Assembly (NCBI GenBank): GCA_002269645.1
Contig: NIVC01000882.1
Span: 124,001 to 188,000 of the forward strand
Source: Macrostomum lignano
Lineage: Eukaryota
Length of the DNA stretch: 64,000 nucleotides
Reading direction: 5' to 3'
The position numbers were made by a program, and so were the translations under genes. The notes below the pieces were generated by a model. The model saw only the letters and a program-made list of their open reading frames with translations, made no database searches and had not been told where the DNA came from. Of this stretch, positions 37,517 through 49,069 are shown piece by piece; the stretch's first letter is position 1, and every line of letters starts with the position of its first letter.

Positions 37517-40500
37517 ATGATCAGCTCAATCGATGAAGCCAAATGTGTTAAACAAGAGAAGCCGTCTGAGACGGAAGAAGAAATTGATGAAGCGTCGTTT
37601 CACACGGCCAACTGCCAGCCTCCTGACAGCTCCTGCGACGGCGGCGGCGGATGGAGCCGGCTGAGCCTGCACGAGGATGAGGCTGGCGAGGAGAAGCTCA
37701 TCTATTCAGATGCTGAGGACAATGAAGAGGAGCTGGCTGCGGCTTCTGCTCGGAGGAAGCGGGCGGCGCTGCGGCCCACGGGTGAGACAGGCAGACAGAC
37801 AGACAGACAGACAGACAGACAGGCAGACAGACACTAAGACAGACAGACAGATAGGCAGGCAGACAGACAGGCAGACAGACAGACAGACAGGCAGACAGAC
37901 ACTAAGACAGACAGACAGATAGGCAGGCAGACACTAAGACAGACAGACAGACAGACAGACAGGCAGACAGACACTAAGACAAACAGACAGGCAGACAGAC
38001 ACTAAGACAGACAGACAGACAGACAGACAGGCAGACAGACACTAAGACAAACAGACAGACAGACAGACGACAGACAGTCAGATAGATAAATAGAAGATAG
38101 CGAGAAAGAACGAGCGAAGCGAGCTCTTTCGAGCTTGCTTGCCGCAGCCAGTCAAGCTGAAAGCACGCACACAAGATCACCGGAAACGATTAAGGCAGCT
38201 GGAAAGCCAATGGGCGCGGTAAGCGCTTTTATCCAGAGGAACTACCTGCTGGAACCAGCCATGCCGAACGAAAATCAGACTACTCAAGTAGTGCAAAAGA
38301 GTACGTGCAACTACCGAGAAATCTAATTATCAGTGCAAAGACAGAAAAGACACTAAGACAGACAGACAGGCAGACAGACACTAAGACAGACAGACGACAG
38401 ACAGTCAGATAGATAGATAGATAGATAGATAGACGGACGGACGGACAGACAGACAGACAGATAGATAGATGGACGGACGGACAGGCGGACAGACAGACAG
38501 ATATATAGATGGACGGACAGACAGACAGACAGATAGATGGACGGACAGACAAACAGGAGCAGAACGGATAGGCATGAACACTTAACTTTCGCTATTCTTA
38601 CCGAAGTCTTGCCCTTGCATCACGGCCCTCGCATACCCCAATACAATGACTTAAATATTCGTCCCTTTGCAGAAAATGGCGCACCCCCAGCCGGTGTCGA
38701 GCCGGCGCCAAAAAAGAAGCGCTCCCGCGCCTGGGGCCTGACGAAACCGGCCGTTGTGCCCGTTGTCATCACCGCTAGCGTTATCAATGTAAATCGAAAG
38801 AATAATATACTCCTACTTTCCTACTGTAATCGGCTAGCATAGTAGCAAGTAGAGTGTTTGGACTCATAAAATTATTGCATCTATGTAATTGTATTTCTAG
38901 GAAATGCTGCCGAATCAGACAGAGCCGCCGGCGACTGACTACAAAGACTCGCCGCCCGTCGTCGATTCCATCGACGTCGACGTCGCCAACAAAGACGAAG
39001 GCGAAGCCGCATCGGAGCTTGAGGACGGCGAAGTGTCGCCTACCAATAACAACAGTAATAGCAATCACAATAACTCTATGACTAGCCAGAAGAAATGGTT
39101 GCCCACTGTACTCGCCGAATCACGTGATCAAACGGACAGACCGAAAGATCAGTTGGGCACTCAGCCTGCCACCGCTTCTGTTGATGCTGAACAGTCGCTA
39201 GGCCGACTGAGTCAATTTCGTAGGACCGTCACTCGGCCGTGCATTTTCTGGTGCCTGGCGAAGCCTGCGGATCTCTCAGAAAAATTGAAGAAGGATGTGA
39301 GAATGTTTAGTCTCTAATGTGTACATGATCTCATGAGCTATGACTAACTGGATTCTTGTATGACCTCATCATCTATGACTGACTGGATTCTTATATGACC
39401 TCATCAGCTATGACTGACTGGATTCTTGTATGACCTCATGAGCTATGATCAACTGGATTCTTGTATGAGCTCATCAGCTATGACTGACTGGATTCTTGTA
39501 TGACCTCATCATCTATGACTGACTGGATTCTTGTATGACCTCATCAGCTATGATCAACTGGATTCTTGTATGAGCTCATCAGCTATGACTGACTGGATTC
39601 TTGTATGACCTCATCATCTATGACTGACTGGATTCTTGTATGAGCTCATCAGCTATGACTGACTGGATTCTTGTATGACCTCATCAGCTATGATCAACTG
39701 GATTCTTGTATGAGCTCATCATCTATGACTGACTGGATTCTTGTATGACCTCATCATCTATGACTGACTGGATTCTTGTATGACCTCATCAGCTATGATC
39801 AACTGGATTCTTGTATGAGCTCATCAGCTATGACTGACTGGATTCTTGTATGACCTCATCATCTATGACTGACTGGATTCTTGTATGAGCTCATCAGCTA
39901 TGACTGACTGGATTCTTGTATGACCTCATCAGCTATGATCAACTGGATTCTTGTATGAGCTCATCATCTATGACTGACTGGATTCTTGTATGACCTCATC
40001 ATCTATGACTGACTGGATTCTTGTATGACCTCATCAGCTATGATCAACTGGATTCTTGTATGAGCTCATCAGCTATGACTGACTGGATTCTTGTATGACC
40101 TCATCAGCTATGACTGACTGGATTCTTGTATGACCTCATCAGCTATGATCAACTGGATTCTTGTATGAGGTCATCAGCTATGACAGACTGGATTCTTGCA
40201 TGACCTCATCAGCTATGATCAACTGGATTCTTGTATGACCTCATCATCTATGACAGACTGGATTCTTGCATGACCTCATCAGCTATGATCAACTGGATTC
40301 TTGTATGACCTCATCAGCTATGACTGAGCCCAGATTCTCCATAAGCCGTACAAATTCAGCCATCCGCCCCATCCTGGCACCGCAGCTGGCGGCTCCGCTT
40401 GCCCCGCCGCCGCCGCCGGACCCCTACGAGTCGGTCTTCGACGTGGCCGCCCTGGAAGCCGCCGCTGGCGTCGAGCAGCTCCGACGCGACCGTCGCCGGC

Positions 40501-43500
40501 TGCACCCGAACTCGCGCCCGTTCCCGCCGGACTTCGAGGCAACCGGCGGCCGGCTGCCGCTGCCACTCGACCATTCCTCAGGCGTCGACATTGCCGACAA
40601 TGGTCGGAGACGCCGACAACAGGCTCCGGCAGTGCTGCATCATTTTCCGCGCTGTATGAAGCCGTTCGAAGCGGATGAGTTGCATCAAGAATTGAGCAGT
40701 AGCAATTGCATGCCGAGGGCTGCATCCGAGGATGATGAGGCTGCGGTGAAGCTGAACTGGCTGGACGACAGCAGCCGCTGGCCGGACGCTCTGGACAAGT
40801 TGCGCCGACAGCTGGCCGCCCTGTTGAAGGTGCCGTTCGCTCGAGCCGCTGTTGCTAGGCTGGAAAGACCGTCTGACTGCACCGACTGGTGGTGAGTTAG
40901 AGGTAGAGTTTGATGTGATTTCTGGTACAGTTAGAGGGAGACTTTCATGTCTCCCTGGCAGGAAATGTTTCACAGGGGTCCAGTAGAGTGTGTAGGATTT
41001 GAGTAGGGTGTCTGATAGAGTTGTAGCCTAGTGGTCAGAGCCTTGGTCTCACGACTTTGGAAGTCGGGGGTTCGATTCCCGGTCCCACTCGAAACAATTT
41101 GTGTCCTTGAGCAAGACACTTAACTTTGCATTGCTTCAGTTCAGCCAGCTGTAAAATGGGTGCCAGCATTAGCTGGGGTAATTGAGGCTGTGTGTGGCGA
41201 TGGCGACCCCCCCCCCAGTCCTTGGACTGAGCAGCCGTACCCAGCCTTCAGATGCGCCACGCAATAGCTGCGGCTGAGCTGTCGGTTGCACATCTGGCCC
41301 AATTGGGGCAGGTGTAATCAATCATTATTTTTATTGCTGGTAGATTAGAGCGGACAGTTGAATAGGGCGTTTGGTTTGGCAGTCTCTAAAAGTTGGGTAT
41401 AGTGTATGGTAGAGTCTCGTGGAGTTGAATTGGTTGTCTGGTAGAGTGGCGAGTTGGTTGTCTGGTAGAGTGGCGAGTTGGTTGTCTGGTAGAGTGGCGA
41501 GTTTGATGTCTGGTAGAGTGGCGAGTTGGTTAGTTACCCGTACTCCTACCGCACGGTGTACTCGCGCTCCACCGCAGGCACCAGTCGGCAACATCAAAGG
41601 ACAGCGGCGATGCCGGCAGCAGCCCCGCGACCCCACTGGCCGCCCTGGTGTTCGTCGGCGGCCCGCCCAGGCCGGTGGAATTTCGCAGTCGCCAGCGTCA
41701 GAGTCGCGGGCAGCAGCGGAGGCTGCACCTGGCGGCGACGCGGCACGGCGGCCTGCTGGTGGCCGAAGGCTCGGCCGTCAGCGACTGGGCCGTCCGGCTG
41801 CCCGCCTTCGCTGCTGACGGGGACTCGCGTGCTGCTGCTGCTGATCAGGCAGCCCAAGCACTGTTTATGCTGCTTTTTGTGCGCTCAGAGGAGCAGGTGA
41901 GTGAGCTGGCTGATTGACAGCTCGAATCAATCATTTGGCTGTCTGTCTGTTTTGTGTTACTGATGCTGTCTGCTTTGTGTTACTGATGCTGTCTGTTTTG
42001 TGTTACTGATGCTGTCTGTCTGTTTTGTGTTACTGATGCTGTCTGTTTTGTGTTACTGATGCTGTCTGCTTTGTGTTACTGATGCTGTCTGTTTTGTGTT
42101 ACTGATGCTGTCTGTCTGTTTTGTGTTACTGATGCTGTCTGCTTTGTGTTACTGATGCTGTCTGTCTGTTTTGTGTTACTGATGCTGTCTGTTTTGTGTT
42201 ACTGATGCTGTCTGTTTTGTGTTACTGATGCTGTCTGCTTTGTGTTACTGATGCTGTCTGCTTTGTGTTACTGATGCTGTCTGTCTGTTTTGTGTTACTG
42301 ATGCTGTCTGTCTGTTTTGTGTTACTGATGCTGTCTGTCTGTTTTGTGTTACTGATGCTGTCTGTCTGTTTTGTGTTACTGATGCTGTCTGTCTGTTTTG
42401 TGTTACTGATGCTGTCTGCTTTGTGTTACTGATGCTGTCTGTCTGTTTTGTGTTACTGATGCTGTCTGTCTGTTTTGTGTTACTGATGCTGTCTGTTTTG
42501 TGTTACTGATGCTGTCTGTCTGTTTTGTGTTACTGATGCTGTCTGTTTTGTGTTACTGATGCTGTCTGTCTGTTTTGTGTTACTGATGCTGTCTGTCTGT
42601 TTTGTGTTACTGATGCTGTCTGCTTTGTGTTACTGATGCTGTCTGTCTGTTTTGTGTTACTGATGCTGTCTGCTTTGTGTTACTGATGCTGTCTGCTTTG
42701 TGTTACTGATGCTGTCTGCTTTGTGTTACTGATGCTGTCTGCTTTGTGTTACTGATGCTGTCTGCTTTGTGTTACTGATGCTGTCTGCTTTGTGTTACTG
42801 ATGCTGTCTGCTTTGTGTTACTGATGCTGTCTGCTTTGTGTTACTGATGCTGTCTGCTTTGTGTTACTGATGCTGTCTGCTTTGTGTTACTGATGCTGTC
42901 TGCTTTGTGTTACTGAGGCTATCTGTCTGTTTTCTGTTACTGATGCTGTTCTTTTAATTAAAATAATTTCATTTTTAGTTAGTGAGTGACCTTTTTAGTT
43001 AGTGAGTAATAGTAGATTTCACGCCCCTGGAAATCTAGGCACGACATTCGCTAGGATTTCCCCGCGGAATTTTTTATAAACTTCTCTCTGTTATCTATCT
43101 GGTTGCTAGGTCATTAATTTGTCTCTACCAGCTGACTTTGTGCTTATTTTATAATGCGCTTTTCTGCACAGTGCACTCCCTGCCCTATCAGGGGGTCACT
43201 TTCACATTTGAGTAAACAAAAACATTTATGTACAGCTGAGAATCTCACTGCACTTTTCCTGGTCACCTGTGCGGCTGGGCGGCTAGCTTATACTCTGTTA
43301 CTTAGTTTGATTGTGCCAGTCTGCGCCTGTGTCTACTGTCCTCTCCCCTTTCTCTCCCTTCCTCTCTCCCCTTTCTCTCCCTTCCTCTCTCCCCTTTCTC
43401 TCCCTTCCTCTCTCCCCTTTCTCTCCCTTCCTCTCTCCCCTTTCTCTCCCTTCCTCTCTCCCCTTTCTCTCCCTTCCTCTCTCCCCTTTCTCTCCCTTCC

Positions 43501-44209
43501 TCTCTCCCCTTTCTCTCCCTTCCTCTCTCCCCTTTCTCTCCCTTCCTCTCTCCCCTTTCTCTCCCTTCCTCTCTCCCCTTTCTCCCCCCTTTCTCTCCCT
43601 TCCTCTCTCCCCTTTCTCCCTCCCCTTTCTCTCCCTTCCTCTCTCCCCTTTCTCCCCCCTTTCTCTCCCTTCCTCTCTCCCCTTTCTCCCTCCCCTTTCT
43701 CTCCCTTTCTCTCTCCCCTTTCTCTCCCTTCCTCTCTCCCCTTTCTCTCCCTTCCTCTCTCCCCTTTCTCTCCCTTCCTCTCTCCCCTTTCTCCCCCCTT
43801 TCTCTCCCTTCCTCTCTCCCCTTTCTCTCCCTTTCTCCCCCTTTCTCTCCCTTCCCGTCTCCTCTTTCTCTCCCTTCCTCTCTCCCCTTTCTCTCCCTTT
43901 CTCCCTCCCCCTTTCTCTCCCTTTCTCTCTCCCCTTTCTCTCCCTTTCTCCCTCCCCCTTTCTCTCCCTTCCTCTCTCCCCTTTCTCTCCCTTTCTCCCT
44001 CCCCCTTTCTCTCCCTTCCTCTCTCCCCTTTCTCTCCCTTCCTCTCTCCCCTTTCTCTCCCTTTCTCCCTCCCCCTTTCTCTCCCTTCCTCTACCCCTTT
44101 CTTCCCTTCCTTATTTATCCCCGGTACCTTAATCCTCCCATACGCTTCCAGTCTTCAACCTCATCTTAATTTTCTGTTTCATCTTTTCGTTCAATATACT
44201 CGTATTATA

Positions 44210-44262
<53 letters not shown>

Positions 44263-44361
44263 GGCTATTATTCCACAAAAATACCGCTTAAAAGAGAAAT
44301 AAATCATTTTTCACTTTCTCCCCCTGCTTCAATTATTTTGCAGAATGAGAGTCGAGTTTAA
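37517..44361 (+). CDS. Divergent ALKBH2/3-fold (2OG-Fe(II) dioxygenase-like) protein with a long acidic/low-complexity N-terminus; catalytic ligands apparently absent; 7 exons, ~608-628 aa
   Basis: join(37517..37781,38094..38300,38673..38788,38901..39296,40386..40891,41578..41896,44344..44361); an alternative junction 39304/40334 is also in frame. All junctions are GT-AG with compatible phases. Segments VLHHFPRCMKPFEADELHQEL, WPDALDKLRRQLAALLKVPFARAAVARLERPSDCTDW, LAALVFVGGPPRPVEFRS and HGGLLVAEGSAVSDWAVRLP are collinear with recalled ALKBH3 segments. An NLS-like PAPKKKRSR is present. The short last exon is the least certain. Confidence 0.72.
37786..38551. repeat. (GACA)n/(GATA)n microsatellites in introns 1 and 2 of the AlkB-like gene (37786-38090, 38340-38551)
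   Basis: Direct inspection; they flank exon 38094-38300. Confidence 0.9.
39318..40326. repeat. 35-bp minisatellite filling intron 4 of the AlkB-like gene
   Basis: TATGACTGACTGGATTCTTGTATGACCTCATCAGC, ~29 copies. Confidence 0.94.
41017..41335 (+). mobile_element. tRNA-derived CORE-type SINE, full-length copy
   Basis: A box TAGCCTAGTGG and B box GGTTCGATTCC, followed by GTGTCCTTGAGCAAGACACTTAAC...CAGCTGTAAAATGGG, which resembles the MIR CORE. AT-rich tail. Homologous copies at 49700-50013 and 12727-12915. Confidence 0.82.
41445..41530. repeat. 24-bp tandem repeat, ~4 copies
   Basis: GAGTTGGTTGTCTGGTAGAGTGGC. Confidence 0.85.
41938..42950. repeat. 23/27-bp minisatellite
   Basis: TGTCTG(TCTG)TTTTGTGTTACTGATGC. 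Confidence 0.94.
43338..44110. repeat. ~770-bp polypyrimidine minisatellite (~23-bp unit); (ATT)n follows at 44210-44261
   Basis: CCCTTTCTCTCCCTTCCTCTCTC; the + strand is essentially only C/T. Confidence 0.95.
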
Positions 44362-44895
44362 GCCGGAGAGTACAAACTGAGGACGAGCCTGCTGCAATCA
44401 ATGCATTTCTACCTGTCTATTGACCAGTCAGCCGCCGCTGTGTGCACTCGCGCTTTTCATGTTTAGCTATAATTGCGTCGCATCTGCTATCCGCGAGCCG
44501 GTCCGGCGCCCCAATCACTGGAAATTGGGCAATTATGATTTCATTTTTGTCTTGTTGTTTCGATTGAAAATTTTCTTCTCAATTCCTCTTCCATTTTTTC
44601 CTTTGAGCCTTTTTTCCCTATGGCCAATCTAGAAGCAAAGGGAACTGTGGATTTAATAAGTCTGTTGTTTGTTTGAAAAAATTGGAGGTTTTCACAAGAC
44701 CTAAACTTCCCAACGCCTAAAATCAAATTCAGCACCCCAATTCACGTCACCTAAATTTCATAGGACCTAAATTTAACATCGCCTAAAAGTTTTAAGCTTT
44801 CACTTTGATAGCGTCTAGGCTTTCGTTATTTTTAAGCATTAGCGTTAGAATAAAAAATTAGATGAAGTTTTAGGTCTCGTAAAGTTTAGGTTTCA

Positions 44896-45452
44896 TTAAG
44901 TTTTGTGCTTAGGTCTAATGAAGTTTAGGTCTCATGAAGCTTAGGTCTCATGAAGTTTAGGTCTCATGAAGCTTAGGTCTAATGAAGTTTAGGTCTTATG
45001 AAGTTTAGGTCTCATGAAGTTTAGGTCTCATGAAGTTTAGGTCTCATGAAGTTTAGGTCTCATGAAGTTTAGGTCTCATGAAGTTTTAGGTCTCATGAAG
45101 TTTAGGTCTAATGAAGTTTAGGTCTTATGAAGTTTAGGTCTCATGAAGTTTAGGCTTCATGAAGTTTAAGTCTCATGAAGTTTTAGGTCTCATGAAGTTT
45201 AGGTCTCATGAAGTTTAGTTCTCATGAAGTTTAGGTCTCATGAAGTTTTAGGTCTCATGAAGTTTAGGTCTCATGAAGTTTAGGTCTCATGAAGTTTAGG
45301 TCTTATGAAGTTTAGGTCTCATGAAGTTTTAGGTCTCATGAAGTTTAGGTCTCATGAAGTTTAGGTCTCATGAAGTTTAGGTCTTATGAAGTTTAGGTCT
45401 CATGAAGTTTAGGCTTCATGAAGTTTAGGTCTCATGAAGTTTTAAGTCTCAT
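44896..45452. repeat. 16-bp minisatellite
   Basis: AGGTCTCATGAAGTTT. Confidence 0.94.
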
Positions 45453-46194
45453 TAAATTGGATTTTTTAAACTTTATGCGATGCGAAGTTAAGTCTTATGA
45501 AGTTTAGTAGGCGTTGTGAAAGATTGTGCTTTAGACGAAGTGAATTTTGTGTCCTGTGAAAGCGACAATTTCCCATTTAGGTAAATATTTTTCTAATAAT
45601 GTCAGTCAAATTTTATCATTTTTATCAAAATGCAATCAAGTTCTGCTAAATATATATACGATTTACAAGTACAATTCGATGTAGATATATATATGTAAGT
45701 TTTCTGTTGATAAATAAAAATTTTCGTTTATACAGTTTTAGCGCCTGTTGTTTTGTTTGGGTCAACTACATGTAGAATCTGGTGGCCAGCTCACTCGCAG
45801 CTGTCAGATACAGCTTTTTAGGCTAGCTGCTGAAGTGCTTCCCTCGGCTGCGTTGTAAATCACACAAGTCACGTGCTTCGATAGATTCACTCTCTATCTA
45901 ACCATTAAGAGTGCGCGGGGTTCAGGCTGGCTTTATAAGCTGCTGCTGCAATTTAGTCTATTATATAAAGAAGCCATACAGCCTATACAGTTATACATAC
46001 TTCATATAGAGCATGTTTCTATTTTTATATCAGTCCGTAGTGTTCATTTGATTTTGCGGTCCGGGCTCCCATATCACGCGGGGACCGCGTGACCGCTTTT
46101 AAATTGACTGGACTGCTCCCTCTCCTTTGCTTTAATCTGCAGTTTTGAATTTTTGATCTAATAATATTGTGCATGTAGTTCTAACACTTGGGCC

Positions 46195-46560
46195 GGCCGT
46201 CCTTTATCCACCCTGGTAACCGCCCTCTAATCCGACCTTAAAGGCCGCCCCCTTATCCGCCCTTAAAACCGCCTTTTATCCGCCCTGGTAACCACCCTGG
46301 ACCTGGTAAAAACCGCCCCCTTATCCGCCCTCCAAACCGCCCCCTTCTTTTCCCTTAAAACAGCTGTCTTATCCACCCTGGAAACCGTCTTTTATCCGCC
46401 CTTAAAACCGCCTCTACCCGCCCTGTTAACCGCCCCTTATCTGCCTTTAAACCGCCTTTTATCCGCCCTAGAGACCGCCTCTTATCTGTTTTTAACCACC
46501 CCTTATATACCCTGGAAACCCTCTTAAAATCTTACCCTGGTAAACTGCCTTCCGCTTTAA
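46195..46560. repeat. Degenerate ~21-bp repeat
   Basis: TTATCCGCCCTTAAAACCGCC variants. Confidence 0.75.
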
Positions 46561-47119
46561 TTTTGCCCTGGTAATCTGAATTCTTATTATATCTCTTATA
46601 AAAGCTGTCCTTACTCATCGTACACGGCAATGACAAGTGCACAAACACTGTGCGTAGTGTTGCACAATGAATTGTATTCTAGAATTCTCCACGCGATTCC
46701 AGACTCCAGACATGACAAAAACAAGAGTCATCTGCTTTTGGATTCACCCACCAGTGTCTACCACTAGTGACGCCCTTTTCTATACTGTACATGTACACTG
46801 CATTATAAAAATCTGACGAAATTCTTTTCGGTTCTATTTTTAGAAACCGGGCAATCCCCCGGCTAGGCCTCTGTTTCAAATGGACTTTTCTATCGCAAAG
46901 AAGCTGACGAAATAAGTATTTTTGTCAAGGTCGCAGTCTATGTTCCTATTATGGCGCTTCGAATAGTTGAGTCAACGAAAAGCAATTGGGGGGTGTGTCT
47001 GCGTTTCAAGACTAGTTTTTTAGGCAGCTTTAAAAATGTATGGATTTTTTCGCTTGGCTATTTCATTTGTTTAGTCCATAACAATTAAGGCTTCGCAAAT
47101 CCTCGTGCTGGGATTCCCA

Positions 47120-47690
47120 TAACTTCTAGTTCGGCTTCCCAAATCCTCAGGTTGGACTTCCCAAATCTTCAGATTGGATTTCCCAAATCTTCATATTGGA
47201 CTTCCCAGATCCCCGGGTCGGCCTTCCCTCAGATCCTAAGGTTGGACTTCCCAAATCCTCAAGTTGGACTTCCCAGATCCTCGGTTTGGACTTCCCAAAT
47301 CCTTAAGTTGGACTTCCCAGATCCTCGGTTTGGACTTCCCAAATCCTCAAGTTGGAGTCGGACTTCCCAGATCCCCGGTTGGACTTCCCAAATCCTCAAG
47401 TTGGACTTCCCAGATCCTCGGTTTGGACTTCCCAAATCCTTAAGTTGGACTTCCCAGATCCTCGGTTTGGACTTCCCAAATCCTCAAGTTGGAGTCGGAC
47501 TTCCCAGATCCCCGGTTGGACTTCCCAAATCCTCAAGTTGGACTTCCCAGATCCTCGGTTTGGACTTCCCAAATCCTCAAGTTGGACTTCTCAGATCCCC
47601 GGGTTGGACTTCCCAAATCCCCAAGTTGGACTTCCCAGATCCTCAGGTTGGACTGCCCAGATCATGGGGTCAGACTTCTCAGATCCTCAG
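47120..47690. repeat. ~21-bp minisatellite with alternating variants
   Basis: TTGGACTTCCCAGATCCTCGG / TTGGACTTCCCAAATCCTCAAG. Confidence 0.9.
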
Positions 47691-49069
47691 TTTGTGCATT
47701 TCTGCACGGTACTCTTATTCTTCCGTTATTCTGTGGTTGAAAAAAACATTCTAGTGCAGTCATGTGCATGCGCCAAAACCTGTTCACACAGTGCACTGCA
47801 ACTACAAGTTCGGTTTTTGCGGTTAGGAAAAATCTTAATCTGAACCCAGATGCCGCGCGCAGTTCGGTGCAGCAATTCTCTTTATGGTGCCGCTTTGGCG
47901 ACCACTTTCCGCTAGCGCCCTCGCGACTGAGCAAATGAAATTCCGGAAGCTTTCGGCACCGAATTTCGCCTTAATTTAACGAATGGGTCAGGAGGGACAG
48001 CAGTGGAGGCCGAGCGGCATTGGTTATGCCTACAGTCGGATGCATGGGTTATGCGGTGCACCTGAATTACACTAAGCTTAACTACGCCTCGTGTTGTTGC
48101 TAACTAAACTTGCTACATTATTATCAATTCGGATTATTAATGTAACCAAGTCACCGTGTTTTTCCCTCATTTTTGTGGATGAAATTCCATTGCTCGAAAG
48201 CGGAAATCTTGGTTGCCTTTTATTGCTTGATTTTTCAAGGAGGCATGTTTTACGAGCATTTCCGCGTCCTCTAACTGTACCTAGGTAAACTTTCTTGATT
48301 TTGTGCGTCCGATTGTATATTTCTGAAAATGTACTCGATAATCCTATTTAATTATTAGATACATAAAACTAAAGTACATTGAGAGACTTGTGGTAACGTC
48401 CACATTTACTTCCCTTTAGATTGTCCGGGCTACTAGAGTTTAAGTGTGTCAATGCTTGAGTGGTGACTGGATTCGGAGTGTGTGGAGGGGGCATCAACAG
48501 TCTTCTGTTGCGGGATCGGGCACTCCGGAATTATCGCTAGCCGGGACCACGTGACTTGCCGCTGGTGGTCTGGTCACACTTGCTTTGCGTGGCCCTAAGT
48601 CCACGTCAGCGCTGCGTCAGCCGATCTTCCCTATTGGTCGAGCAAATAGAGCGCTGGGTGAGAGGGGGTGGGGATGAGAAGTTGGGGGTGGGTCGTTAAA
48701 ATCGGGGGGTTGAGAGAGCTATTTTTAGATTTCATGTACACTAAAGTTTTCCGCAAGCGTACAAAGCGGTCCCGATGGAATTTCCTTGAGAAACAGTGGC
48801 AAGGGCAAGTAAGAGAGGGGTCTCTGAGTACAGTGTGTGGCGGGGAGCGCCAATCCTCACGCGGCAAACATCGGAAAACACGAAGCTCTTTCTTAGCTGG
48901 GCTATAAAATCCAACGCGTGCGCTGAGGGCAGGCGATTAAGCTATTAGTGTCGACAAGCCCAATATAAGGACAAAATCCACAAGCAAGCAATCTTTCTTC
49001 AGCTAATCGAAACTTCTACTTACCTGGATAAATTGTTACAGTTTAGAGTCGAATTTTTGAAGCTTCCCT

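Noticed and set aside
40318-41917. Alternative-frame and antisense ORFs overlapping GC-rich exons (also within MARK, ARID4, KLF and the LINE)
   Set aside because: They are shadows of stop-poor GC-rich coding sequence, with no recognisable domains.
46679-46879. Minus-strand RPSRGIARFL resembling an APE endonuclease motif
   Set aside because: A single short motif with no other endonuclease domains recognisable.
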